The notes under the pieces are model-generated. The model saw nothing but the letters and a program-made list of their open reading frames with translations, searched no databases and had not been told where the DNA came from. The position numbers and the translations under genes are program-made. A stretch of 64,000 nucleotides of DNA from NCBI RefSeq assembly GCF_004010195.1, contig NC_057719.1, positions 71,340,831 through 71,404,830 on the forward strand, read 5' to 3'. Positions 13,275 to 25,962 of the stretch are shown here, one piece after another (the stretch's first letter is position 1; each line of letters opens with the position of its first letter). The stretch comes from Chiloscyllium plagiosum (lineage: Eukaryota).

Positions 13275-14005
13275 ATGACACATTTTGATAGGAGTAACAT
13301 GCAAGAGACAATATTAATAAAGGATGTAATTGTCAAGGGGGTGCAAGAGCAGAGAGACCTAATTGTACATGAGCATGGATTATTGGAGGTTGCAGGACAG
13401 GTGGAGACTCCAGTTAATAAAGCATACAGTATCTTGAACTTTAATAATAAAGGGCATAGAGTGCAAGGAGATTATGCTGAATTTACATAACACATTGGTT
13501 AGACCTCAGCTGGAGTATTGTTTACAGTCTGGCCCCAAACAATAGGAAGGATGTGAAAGCATGGAGAGTATGCAGGAGAGGTTTACTAGAAAGGTTCCAG
13601 GGTGAGAAACTTCAATTGGAAGGAGAGATTGGGAGGTTGGGGCTATTGGAGAGAAGATTGCGAAGAGAAGATCTGATGGAAGCTTTCAAAATCATGAAAG
13701 GTCTGAACAGAGTAGATAGGGAGAAATTACTCCTAATCATTAAAGGATTTAGACTAAGACGTCACTAATTGAAAACAATTTACAAATGTGATGTGAGACC
13801 AATTTTTTTTGTACACCATGGAGACAGATTCAATTAAGGCATTCAAGGGGACTTTAGATGATAATTTGATGAGAAACAATGTGCCAGGGGATGAAGCAAA
13901 GCCAAGAGAATGGCACTGAACCACATGATCATTTTGAAAGCCTCTGCAAAAAAAAATGATGGGCAATATAGCCTCCTTCTACAATGTAATAAATTTGTGA
14001 TTCTT
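13275..14005 (+). mobile_element. Degraded CR1 LINE 3' part
   Basis: HFDRSN...VQEQRDLIVH...VNKAYSIL, LVRPQLEYC and ERRLR.DLMEAFKIMKGLNRVDREKL across shifting frames. Confidence 0.88.
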
Positions 14006-15683
14006 GTAGAGGTGAAGATCCAAAATGTATTTAATGCCTCCCCTTCTGAGGGAGGCTTCACCCTCTCTTTGCTGCTTCGATACTGACTCCCTCTCTGTGT
14101 GCTAGAGCTGTTGAGCTTCTAATAGGAGCTGCAGACCTGCCCAGCTCTGCCTACCTGCTGGATTTAAATTGCCTGCCGAAGGTACGATCATGGGAGAAGG
14201 AATCCAGCCTCCTGTCTGAATGTGCTGACCACCCAGAAACTAGCCCAAAAAAATAGGTCCGGCTTCAAAAAGTTATTAAATTCAATTGAACAGACTGATG
14301 ATATATTTATATTTAAACTTAATGATAAATACTATATCTAAGTTATATTAATCATTTTAATTCTACCTTTCTTCGGCAGATGTGGCTGCTTGCATTGAAC
14401 TTTGCAAACAGGCCTCAAGCAGATGCTGGGCCATGTATTTGCATTTGCAAAGGGCCTATTATACTTTTCCAGGTTGTGCCCTGAACCTCTACAGAGAGTC
14501 CTTCATCAATCTAGTGAGTGTTGGACTTCTAATGTGGAATGAACACACACTGTGTTGAACATTTAGCTGTTCACCTTATGCCCTGTGCTAGATCAATCTC
14601 TCACCTGCAACATGTGCCTGGAATTTCTGTGGCAAACACACTGTACAGGCTAAAAGTAAATAGCCATTCCCTTTGTGGGGTTGGGGGTGGGGGAATTACA
14701 ACCAATCTGGTGATATCTCCACACAGTCAAGGGGTTAGTCCAATTCCAGTCTAAATGGTTGGCCCTGGCCAGTTAGGCATTTTGTATTAGGGAAGTTTGG
14801 GTAGATTTGTGACCTCAGTATGGGCCTCAGTACATCCCCCCCAGGACATCTGCAACTAATCAGGGGATAATGCATTGGTCAGTCAGGATGCTGTGGGTGC
14901 ATCAGTCCACGGGCTGGACTGGGCTGTTCTCAGTAGGTGTTGCCCTGTCAAGTCAGGTCAGAGGGTGTGCCACAATCATCCTGGAGATTCAGGAATTCAT
15001 GGTTAGAGGCAGATTAGGGTCAGCCTGTGGATTCCTGGGGAGAGCGGGAAGCTCAAATCTGGGTTAATTGGTCTAGGTCACTGACAGAATGACTACAGTA
15101 AAAACAGGGCAATTCAAGGTAAAAGCGTAGGGTCTCAGAGGATAGGAGAGGATCATGTGCTCTGGGAGGGGAGGTTTTCAGAAGCCACAATTGCTCTGAT
15201 CTCAAAATGAAGAGAGTATGGTCAGGATATGGCAATTTGCAAAACTAGGGCCTCAGAGGGTAAACTGGCGCCAGCAATGGTTACATAATGGCTTGAATGG
15301 AACCAGGGAAGGATTAAAAGGCATGTGGGATACAGATACAGCAACACAAAAGAAAGGATGAAAGATGGGCGATCATCCTGCAACTCAGGTGAAGCCTGCA
15401 AGCTCTCACAAGGACACAATAGTAGAACTTTGCCATCTTTAATCCAAATTCAACTGGTCAACAGAAATACAAAATGGCTGCCACCACATGCAAAGAATCC
15501 CATTAAAGTAGTAGCAATTTAGGTATGAGAAGCGTAAAAGGACTGCACTATGATTTTTAATATGCTGTTATTTAATTTATATTGAAAAATGATGACATAC
15601 GTCAGTCCCATAGATTTCAAGAGTAAAGAAGTAATAAATTCATGTAAAGTTCTTTAGTTTTATATTCACCCATTATTAAAGCA

Positions 15684-15857
15684 AAAACGTACCTCGATTA
15701 TCTGGAAGATACAGACCGGGAGTATTTCATTCGGTTAATTGAATTCTGGATAAGCGAATGCCGGACAACGTAGTTTAGCCAAGCATTGGGACCTTGCAAT
15801 CTTGCTGGATAATCCAATATTCGGATAATTGACTCCCAGATAATCGAGGTTCCTCTG
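15684..15857. mobile_element. Tc1/pogo (Tigger-like) MITE
   Basis: Perfect 15-bp inverted repeat ACCTCGATTATCTGG (15691-15705) / CCAGATAATCGAGGT (15836-15850), internal GGATAA repeats, and a second copy at 44006-44173. Confidence 0.8.
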
Positions 15858-16860
15858 CCATAGTATACAAATATCTAAATCCAACAGAAAGATGCCAGTG
15901 ACAGCAAATAATGTCTACAGAGACACACTGGGGCAATTATTACTGAAGCAGAGAAAGATCTGAGGAGATTTAATAAAAGGATTAAAACAAATTAAATGTT
16001 ATTGTTAGAATGAATAGGAAAATACATCTCCGTTGGCTAAGTACATATCTTAATTTAAATGCAAAGTTGTTAAATATTAGCAATTCTGTACTGTGTGTTC
16101 TATATACAAGGTATAACACATTGATAACTTCTCATGCTTACTGTTGTCTGATACATGAGGTAAACAGTTATGACAGTGATTTTAACCTGCAGAAGGAGTT
16201 AAAGGTTCACTGGTAACTTTGCTGTCCTGGAGTTACTAGGAGCTGATCAAGTTCAATTATAATGTATTCAACCCAAGCAGACGACATGAACGCTCGCCAA
16301 AGCTAGGGGCTTTCTCTGTCCTTCAGGTTCTGATGACCATTCACATCTGACTGAAGCTAACGTTATGTGATGAGCAGGAAGAGCCTTCAAGTTTCTGTCA
16401 GTCTGACCCAACAGCAAAGTGCATCTGAGGTCTGCCAGGCCCAAAGAGATAAATTATCAAAGCAATAATCACTTCTTGTTAAGTTAAGGAACATTCAGCT
16501 TATCTTCCTAATGTTCTGGGCTGAGCAGGCTACCTCTGAGTCATATAATATTCTGCTGGAAGTGTGCGGAGATGTTGTTCAGTGAATTTTAAATGAGATC
16601 CAGGAATTAAAACCTGCTCGCGCAGTAGCTGAGCTTGTTACTCATTGTATGGAAACTAGTCCAGAGCGAAAGTCAAGGCTTTTGTCTTCATTGGCTGATT
16701 AGTTGTCTTGTGGAATGAATTTGAGAACTGAGATTGAATTTAGTGAAGGCAGCTGATGTCCTGCCATCAGACTGAAACCAGGAGGTGATCCTGCTGCAGC
16801 GGGTGACAGGACTCAGGGCAGCTTTTCGCCAGTGGCCACTGCCAGGATCATCCTCCAGGA

Positions 16861-16943
16861 GACAGTGAGGTCTGCAGATGCTGGAGATTAGAGTTGAGAG
16901 TGTGTTGCTGGAAAAGCACAGTAGGTCAGGCAGCATCTGAAGA
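16861..16943 (-). mobile_element. Penelope-like pLTR end plus tail fragment
   Basis: GTGAGGTCTGCAGATGCTGGAGATTAGAG...GCTGGAAAAGCACAGTAGGTCAGGCAGCATC, same family as 45715 and 46994. Confidence 0.8.
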
Positions 16944-17351
16944 ATGTGCAGGACCATCAGCCAGATAAGCCCCAAGAGTTGCCATCTCAAATAGAGAACA
17001 GACAATTCAGTAGCTGTAGCAGCGCCACTGCAATTGGTGGCCACTGCTGGGACTGCACCTGCAGGACAAAGATGCTGCAGTGATGACCTTCAAAAACAGG
17101 TAAATGGGATTGGGGTATGCTGAGAACATGTAGTCCCCCAGTGATTGGCAGGAATGTGGGTGCTGGCTAATACTAGTGGTGCTGATGCCATGAAGATGGC
17201 CACTGCTACTGAGATGGCTCCTCGTGGACCATTGAGTGCTCATAAAGGAAGCTATTGACCAAACTCCCTCATCCCACCTCACCACACCCCAAAGCCAGAA
17301 CCTACTGAGAAGTGCTCTACTGGTATACAAGTCTATAATAATCGTAAAAAT

Positions 17352-17560
17352 ATTCATTCATGGGATGTAGGCATCACTGGCTGGGCTAACATTTGTTGTC
17401 TATCCCTAATTACCCAGAGGTCAATGAAAGAGTCAACCTGTAGGTCTGCAGCCATGTGTTGGACAAACTCAGTAAGTCCAGCAGTATTCTTTCCGAAGGA
17501 TATCCCTGAAACAATTAGGTTTTAATGATAACCGACTGTGGTTACACGGTCACTGTTAGA
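17352..17560 (-). mobile_element. tRNA-derived SINE, 3' part (family of 20790-21112)
   Basis: ATTCATTCATGGGATGTAGGC tail, AAGAGTCAACC and GACTGTGGTTACACGGTCAC shared with 20830-20970. Confidence 0.7.
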
Positions 17561-17826
17561 AGGATATTCCACCAAAGCAGTGTTATGTAACAATTGATAA
17601 TCAAGACAGCAAGAATCCTTTTAACATGAAAAATGTGCTCGGTTTTCTATCCATATGTTGGCATTTACATTTTTAATATGACTTGGGATGAAAAAACAGA
17701 GCCACAGAGATTTGGCTGCCTTAATGGTGGAGGAGAAGAAATCTAGTTTGATGAAGTACTCCTGATGCTGACATGACATCTCTGGCTCAGGCATGTACAC
17801 AGCATGGAAGAGGGTTGCACATGTAA

Positions 17827-18012
17827 AGATTTTAGGTATGGCCTAGTCGCTGAAGTCAGAAGACCTGTAGGACATCCAAAGCACCTCCTCGAGTTCTTGG
17901 AAGTGCCAAACAAAGACCCTGAACATTGAGTTTTTTAACACATGCTGACAGCAGTGGGATACTGACCAATGAGCATTGCCATGATAGTCAGTGGCCACAG
18001 TGGCTTGGCAAC
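17827..18012 (+). repeat. About 190-bp direct repeat, copy 1 (possibly LTR-derived)
   Basis: Aligns by eye to 19419-19620 over its whole length. Confidence 0.9.
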
Positions 18013-19418
18013 AGTTACTAAGACCAGTAGCAACCACCCAGAATGTCATCTGATAACAACCGATGGCACTTGTGGCAGAACTCACCTCCCAATTGTTCAC
18101 TTCTGCCATTGGCTCAAGTGTACCAAGCGAAGCTGCCCCCATTCCCAGTAGATTGGATATCCATCATCTTGTGCAGATGGAAGGATGCTGGCAAGTAAAA
18201 ACAACAACTTATCAGAGTCAAACACCTATTTTTTTCTAACAACTGTGAAGGTAAACCTTTAGCAAATAACTTTCCTTCTGAAACACTTACCCTGCTAACG
18301 TTGGAACTTTTCGGGCTATATATTTTATATTTCTAGTCAGTCCTTCAAAAATGCTTGTTAGTCAAGAAGCACTGACATTTTTTACATGAATTTTATCTTT
18401 CATTTAAACACAGGTGGCAGAGAAAACACACAGGATGAGTTCCTCTTGTTTGGCTCTTCAATCTAATTACAGCTGGTTGATTTTCCTCCATTAGGTATAT
18501 AAAATTGCCTCTTTGGAAATATAAAAAGATGTACAAAATGTTGCAACATAACCGCATTTTATTTTTTTAAAATGCTTTTTTTTTACAAATGAAGTGCAAA
18601 TAGTGGTCTATAACCTAGATTTTTCCAAAAACCCTGTTTCCAAAAGTGATATTAGAAACTAATATTGTGAACCAATATTTCTCTCTAATTACAAATCATG
18701 CCATTTTTGATCTATACTGCTCCCTTCTGTTGACTAAAAGTCCCTTTGGTTTTGGTTAGATATCTATTAGTTTTATTTGATGTTAAAATTGGTTTTAACA
18801 GGGAAGGCTTTAATTCATTTTAAAAGGTTTAATCTCTGGTCAAGTTTGACAAATTAATGAATGATCAGAGAATATACATTCCAACAGTCACTGCAATACC
18901 TGTTTATTTTTTCCAAGAGTTCCACCAGTCTCCACCATTCATCTACCCTTGGCATTAATGATGTAGCTTGTGGAATTATGTCAACTCTGTCAAACACAAG
19001 TGTGCAATCTGTGAGATTTCAACAGAAATATCATCCACACGACCAAAATTGTGCACTGTCATGTGGAGCACAGCCAAAGAAAATCACATCAGCAAATGGC
19101 AAAATATGGAAGAAAAGAAATCAATTCTACATTTTTTTTGCAATGAATCAACTGATGGTTAAATACTGGCTGCAAACTATTAATTACAATAATTCTTCCA
19201 GTTCAGATGTAGAGAGAATTCTCATCAAAATGTTAAAGGAACCAAAAAGCTGCTGATAAATCATCCAGGATGTCGGATAACTAAAGTATATCATGCACGG
19301 AATCCAAACTAGGAAACAGTTTAGTTTATACAAATGATTGATGTAGGAACAGGTGTTGGTGCTAAATGGGATTCAGCATCTGAGACATAAACGGTGAAAA
19401 AGGAGATATTGGTTTTTC

Positions 19419-19620
19419 AGATTTTAGGTCTGGCCTAATAGCTGAAGTCAGAACACCAGTAGAACATCCAAAGCACCTCTTTGACAGTTCTCACAAGTGC
19501 AGAACAAAGACCCTAAACTGTGATGTTTTAACACAAGCTGACAGCAGTGGGAGATGATAACATTGTCTATTGACCAATGAGCATCGCCATGATGGTCAGC
19601 AGCCACAGTGGCTTGGCAAC
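19419..19620 (+). repeat. About 200-bp direct repeat, copy 2
   Basis: AGATTTTAGGT...GCTGAAGTCAGAA...ACATCCAAAGCACCTC...GCTGACAGCAGTGGGA...TGACCAATGAGCAT...GCCACAGTGGCTTGGCAAC is shared with copy 1. Confidence 0.9.
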
Positions 19621-20063
19621 TCTGTTCATTAAGTGTGATACACTTCTGCAGTGTGCAATCTTCAGAAGTAACTAAGTTCCATACCTATAACAAATGATGC
19701 AGATGTAACTTCTGCTTATTGATTCTCCTTGCTGTGTTGTATAGATGGGTATGAAACTATAAAGTAAGTTGTGAGTGTGTCATTGCGTTTAAGAATGCGA
19801 TGGAATTGATTTTACACAAATTTTCTCGGTTACGGTCATCATTATCTTTGGTATTTGATACTGCACATGTTCCCTCTGCTATTGGCTTTAAACTATTCTA
19901 TACTATACAACAAACATTGAGAGTTATTAAATAAATCTTATGACATCATTGCTTCATAACTCCATCAGTGATAGCAGACTATAAATAAATCTTTTTCTTT
20001 TTAGTTGGCTGCAATGACCAATGAATTGTATCACCGTTTACAGCAGATCCTAAGAAGTGCAGA

Positions 20064-20760
20064 GGCCTGAATCTTACCTAGTTTTTGGCAAAATGTCAAT
20101 TTCATTGAGTTTGTTGGAGGGTTTCTTTCCATAATGTCTGGTGGATTTTATCACACTATTGTCCCAAACCATCCTCATTAACTACCAACCCACCCTACAG
20201 AGCCCTGCTTCTCTGAAGCTCACCCAATTCTCCCACTTGCTCCAACCATTAGGAACTTAGCACTGTTTGGATATCCTGGACTGCTCTGGCATTCCTGGAA
20301 GTAATGCCATCTTTAAAGGGCTATTGCGCATCCTGCACAATGCTTAAAATTTGCCCCAGACATGGCAGAGAAGAGGAATTTTGTGTCCTATCTTGCATAT
20401 AGGTACGTGGAGGTCCTAGTGGATGAAATGGTGCAGAATAGGCCATCCACGATCCCCAGGACTGGCAGGGGAGGCCACAACACAAGACCCTGCCACTCTA
20501 GGTCTAAGGTTCCCATCTGGGTCAGCGTGGTCTCAGCTGCCTAGCGGAATGCCCACTAGGACCATCTCCATTCCACCAGGGTAAGTGTCACTATGTTCTC
20601 TCCGTTAATTCACGCTTGCACTATCTTTGTTACTACACTGGCCCTACCACTGTCACTGTAGTGTGCAACATCATGCCTCACCCACCCTCATGCCCCATCC
20701 CCTAAATTCCAAATGGTTAATCCTGCATTGCCTCTGCGCTGCCTACTCACTCACTCAGGG
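20064..20760 (+). mobile_element. Harbinger transposon left end with Myb/SANT exon 1 remnant (ATG 20362, donor 20581)
   Basis: Putative TIR GGCCTGAATCTTACC. MAEKRNFVSYLAYRYVEVLVDEMVQNR.../QDWQGRPQHKTLP ends in CCAGG|GTAAGTGTCAC, the same junction as the minus-strand copy at 4503. Confidence 0.75.
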
Positions 20761-20789
20761 CACCGTATGGTAAGGGTGTTACTGGTTAA

Positions 20790-21112
20790 GTCAGCATTTA
20801 TTACCCATTTCTACTTGTCAGGAGTGCAATAAAGAGTCAACCATATATGACTGGAGTCATATATAAGCCAGACCAGGTAAGGATGGCAGATTTCATTCTC
20901 TAAAGAACATTAGTGAACAAAATGGGTCTGTTTTTATAACAATCGACAGTGGTTACAGGGTCACCATTGTGCTAGCTTTTCATTCCAGATTTGTATTGAA
21001 TTTAAATTTCACCATCTGTCCTAGTGGCATTCAACCCCATGGTGCCAGAAGATTGACCTGGGGTTCAGGATAACTGATCCAATGACGTTACTGCTACCTA
21101 TTGCCTCCCCCC
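20790..21112 (-). mobile_element. tRNA-derived SINE, near full length
   Basis: The minus strand starts GGGGAGGCAAT..., has a B-box-like GGGGTTGAATGCC, then GATGGTGAAATTTAAATTC and AATCTGCCATCCTTACCTGGTCTGGC. Homologous to 29095-29700. Confidence 0.75.
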
Positions 21113-24100
21113 GAAAGATGCTATTCTGTTTCTCATTCAACATTTTATTAATGACTGCACTGCTATTTGAACTATTATCCTTTACTATTTTCCACATTAT
21201 ATATTATTAAAGGAAATCTTTTCCCTTTTGTCATTAAATAAACAATGATGCACTGAAGTTGTAAGTGCTTCTATGGAAAATCAATTCAAAAAGGCCGATT
21301 AGCTGAACTTAAAGTTTGTGCATGTATAACTGTACCTGTTTGGCTTTGTGCCTGCAATGCACAGCAACAAACAGCATATGGAACTCACCAGATACTCAAT
21401 CTCCTCTCCACTAAATTGCACCAGACCACACTACAATAAAAAGACTCACGTTTGGGTGTGCTGTATGCCTGCCAGGCAAAACTCCAAAGCCTGCAATTAG
21501 TCCATAACTGGTGGACCCAAAAAACGTATTGTCTTAGCTGGTATATAATTATCTGTTATGATGAACTATGATTGTGAAGGCCATTGTCTTTCGGCCCGGA
21601 TCTGTGAGCAGAGCAGTTGTCTCTGACAGAAACCTAGGAGTGGACTTTCCATTTAGCGTCTATGCCTGAGTGATTTTTTCAGTCTCTTGTCGGCTGGGTG
21701 AAATACACAGCGTTTCTGCATGATTTCTTGAGTTGATGAGAAGCAATTATGCCTTAAATGAAGTCATTCATGTCTGCATTTTTGTTTGCATATTTTTCAG
21801 TGTTCACCTGTTATTAAACCCATCTTTAACTGTAAGTTACTTTCAAACAGATTTTGTCGCCAACACAATTTTGTTATCAAAAGAAAACAATGTGAACTCA
21901 CTGGATGTTTTCGATGGAAGTTAGCCAAGCAGGAATTTATATGTGAAAAATGGGGTAATGTCAGGTATAAAACATTTCAACACCAAAATGAGAGCAGGCT
22001 TTTATAGAGTACAATTTTTCTGTTTATTTTCATCATGACTATATATTTTGCATCTCGTGTTTCAAAAACCATGTCCATAAACTCAACAGATTTTGTCAGA
22101 CATAGGAATACATTTTCTTCCAGTGCAAATCCTTGCTTCCTGAAATTGTGCTATATTCTATCTTTTTGTTTCCATGGTTATTTATTAACTTTCATCAACC
22201 TTCACTTATGCCAAAACCTGCCAGATTTTTATTAACCTATAGCTTGTTACATTTAACATGATAACTGGGCTGTTATTTAAGATCTCTATTCCTAATAAAA
22301 GACTAAATTGTCTCGTAATAACTTAATTTAGCAGTATTGCAGTGAGTAGTGGTTTACTTTTAAAGCAATTTATTAAACAGAGACACCAATTTATTTCCTT
22401 TACACTTTGGATGCCTAACAAGGTCTTTTATGATTGTGGTTTCCAAGGTGATGTTGGGCACATTGTACCTAGATGACACTGGTGTCATGAAAATGAATAA
22501 AGGAGAATAAAGTGCACCAAGCCATGCAAATTTACATGCCATTACTGCTAATATTTCTCATTAAATGTCCACATTTTTGTTGCGATCTGTCGCAGCCATA
22601 ATTTTCTGAATCTGCTGTTGCTCATACTATTCATAATAAGAGTGTGATTTATATGCCATAACTGTAATAGGGATTTGGTGTTTAAATAGATTTATTTTAA
22701 TTGCAACCTAATATAGTTGCTCAAATGATTATCACTCCCAATGTCATAGTTATCAAATATAATTGTTGTGAGTCTTTGAAACATATATCCTCAAACCCAA
22801 ACAATATGCTCACGAACTGGAGGTAAAAATATGAAATATTAATTGCCTGCAAGGCATGCACTTGAGAAAAATGTTAACAAAAGTTAATTTGCAAAGGAAT
22901 GATTTTGATGCTTGGATATTGGGTAGGGCAACAACTGCACAAAATGCTAACGATGGGTGTACTTTGGTTGTTAAATCTGCTGTTAAACATGAAAAGAAAT
23001 TACAGATACTTGCATGACTGCACTATCTGCTGTAGGTAGAGGCTGGCAGTAGAACTTCAGGAGGACTGTGTTAAGGTGACCCCTGCCGTCCACTGCTAGA
23101 GCTGCAAACTTTGCAAAATCAGCAAAAAAAATGGCTAAGAGCAGTGTTGGGCTTTTCTTTTTTCTTTTAAATATGCTTCCTTCAAGTATGCCTCCAAAAC
23201 CTCCTACAGCTTATATAAGAGATTACTAAAGGCTCTGACTTACTTCATTGGAAATTTGTCGGAACATTCACTTCCTGAAAGCGAGGCCCTGTGCCTGCTC
23301 TGTGATGCCAGTTATCGATTGTTTTTCTCCCCCGTTCTTAACAAAGGTTTTCTTTTTCTCTTTCCCGGCAGGGCTCTGTAATGACCCATAAAATCAAAAT
23401 AGATTTTTGAATTCCAAGGACACACTTGAACAGTCATGTTTTTGCAGGATGCTTTTCTATTATCAAGTGTTTGCTGCAGTTGGTAATGTTAGAGAAGTAA
23501 GAACTAAGCTGCCTGAACTATGTCATTCCATTAATAATATAAAGGCAGAAATAATTAGTTAAGTTTAATTGTGTAATTCAAAATTAACCACATATCTGCA
23601 TACTTTCTGATGGGCAATTACTTTAAATCTTTGCCGCAATACTTGGATGTTTTTACTTATGCCATGCTTCCAGAAACCTTCCCATTATCCCAGCACCTCC
23701 TTATGATCTTGAGACCCCAGATCCCCTTTAGCTAACTCTCTGACATTTCCATGAACTACACGGCTGAAACGTTATACAGTAATTAATGTTGATCCTAGCA
23801 CACACGCAGCCTGCAGTACAAATTAGAATGGAAAAGGTTATCATAATATTTTGCTAGTCCATTTGGCAGAGTTGAACAGCTCCCTGTGGGAGATGAGTAG
23901 CAACTGCATTTTGAAGTTTGTTTTGGGACTCTGCACTTTTAAGCCGACTGCTAGTTTTTGAAACACTTAAGCAGAGAAAAAAATAGGTCCAACATTTGAC
24001 ACAGCCCACATTCATGTGTATTATGTTTTTCAACATTTTGGGTTCCTTACAGGTTGTCTGACTTGTGACAACATTAACCACAAATGTATCGCATCACAAT

Positions 24101-25929
24101 CAAGTAATGTGGCAGGAATTGGTAACTGCAAAAATGACTGAAACTTCATCATCGAGGGAAAAATCAAGCTTGAAAAGTTCAATTTCAGGTACAACCAACA
24201 GCTGGAATTCCTCTGGCTATCAATGATGTCTGAGAAAACACCCAGAGACTAAATAATTTAGATTAAATATTTCTGACCTGTATAATTGTTTAAGAGAGGT
24301 ATTCAGTCACTAGCTGAAAGAGGTCAACCAGCTGTAGAACAAAACTAAGCTACAATTGTTTGGAAATATGATCTTGCATTTGGATAAGTGGATGGATTGT
24401 AATGTAGGCTGTTAGAATTTTGTGTGACAATATGTGCCTGAAATGTAGTGAATGAGATTAGAGAACCTTGCATGGTAATAAGGTTTTTTTTACATTTTGT
24501 CTCTAAAGATGCACCATGAATTATAATAATGCTATCAGAGTTCCAACCACATTTCCCAGCAGCAAATGAAACAGTTGCATTGAAATGTACATAGGAGTCC
24601 TCTTCAGAAATCAAAAGAGAATGCTTTAAAAGTCTCCTCAACTATTTTTATATTCCAAGACTGATTGGCTTCATATAAAACAAAAGTTTATAATGCTATC
24701 CAAGCAAGTCATTACACCCTTCAAAATCAGCATGGTGACAATAAGAAGTGCAGTGCTTTAGACTTCTCCACAATGCATTTTTTTTTTGCTCATGATAGTA
24801 TTAATGGGCATACTTGTCAGTATGAAAATATACCATTGGCAATAAAGTAGAAGAAACCCTGCTGCTCTTCAACTGTGATGGAAAGGTTTGACTTTAGCAG
24901 TGAAAATACCCACAATTCATCACTCTTTACAGAAAGTCAAAACTTACAATCACAACAAAGAAGAGAAAGCTTCTAGCAATATCCATGGGAATATATGGAG
25001 GTGGCCATTTTAGTCTTGCATCATTCTTAATCGGAATTGTGTGTTTTTAAAAAATATATATATTTCTACACTGCAAGGTCAATTTTGCCTTTCTATATTT
25101 CAATGACAAATGTTACATTAATTGTGTGACATTTTAAAGCATCCATATATCATTTCAAAGAAATAAACAATGATTGAATACAATGTCTTTGATCATGAAG
25201 CTCTGCAGTGCTTTTACTTTGTTGTGTACTGGTTATATGCACTTTATTTAATACTGGGACAATTGATTTTATTTACTAGTTTATTGGTGTAAGAAAACTA
25301 ACGTAAGGAAAAAGTCATTGAAGACAACATTAGGAATTTAGTGTTACTTGCTTTCAAATATACATAAATTATTTCTGGAATTATCTTTAATTTTATTTTA
25401 TCAATTGATATTAATTGCATTTTGACAGCAAAATTAAAAGTGCATCAAGGGTTTTACAAAATGCATTTGCGAAAAATATTGTTGATTAAGAAAAACTATT
25501 GCATTATCTTTTCTCTAACATTATTATGCATCATTTCTGAGAATTCAACTTGCAAATAATGTGTTAAGGAAATTGTGGTACCTGTATTTCGAAAGCTGCA
25601 CAGCATTTTACGCACTGATAATGTATTATCAGACTTACAAATTGTTTTTTGCCAGTGTCACTTGTAGTCATTCAGAATTTTGCGCTTCATCAATACAGGA
25701 ATTTCAAGCTATTTATATTCAACCTACTGGTCTTTATTCACATATTGAGAAAGTAAAACTGCCAGGATTAAAATGCCCATTTTTAATTCCACTCCTGATT
25801 TTGTGATCGAGGTTTTTTTTCGTTCTCGAGGACCTACCTTGGTATGCTTCGTATTTCCTTTCTTTCATTGTCGACTTCAATTGATTATTGATCCAGTACC
25901 TGCGAACTAGAATCCCCGGGTTGATCAGT

Positions 25930-25962
25930 GCCTGCCCCCTGGTGACTGTATTGGAAAATGCA
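25930..25962 (-). promoter_or_regulatory. Candidate CTCF site with upstream (ZF9-11) motif
   Basis: The minus strand reads TGCATTTTCC-AATAC-AGTCACCAGGGGGCAGGC. It lies in a locally CpG-rich patch. Confidence 0.6.

Noticed and set aside
18861..19256. 131-aa ORF between the direct repeats
   Set aside because: No gag, pol or other recognisable motif. The composition fits a chance ORF in AT-rich DNA.
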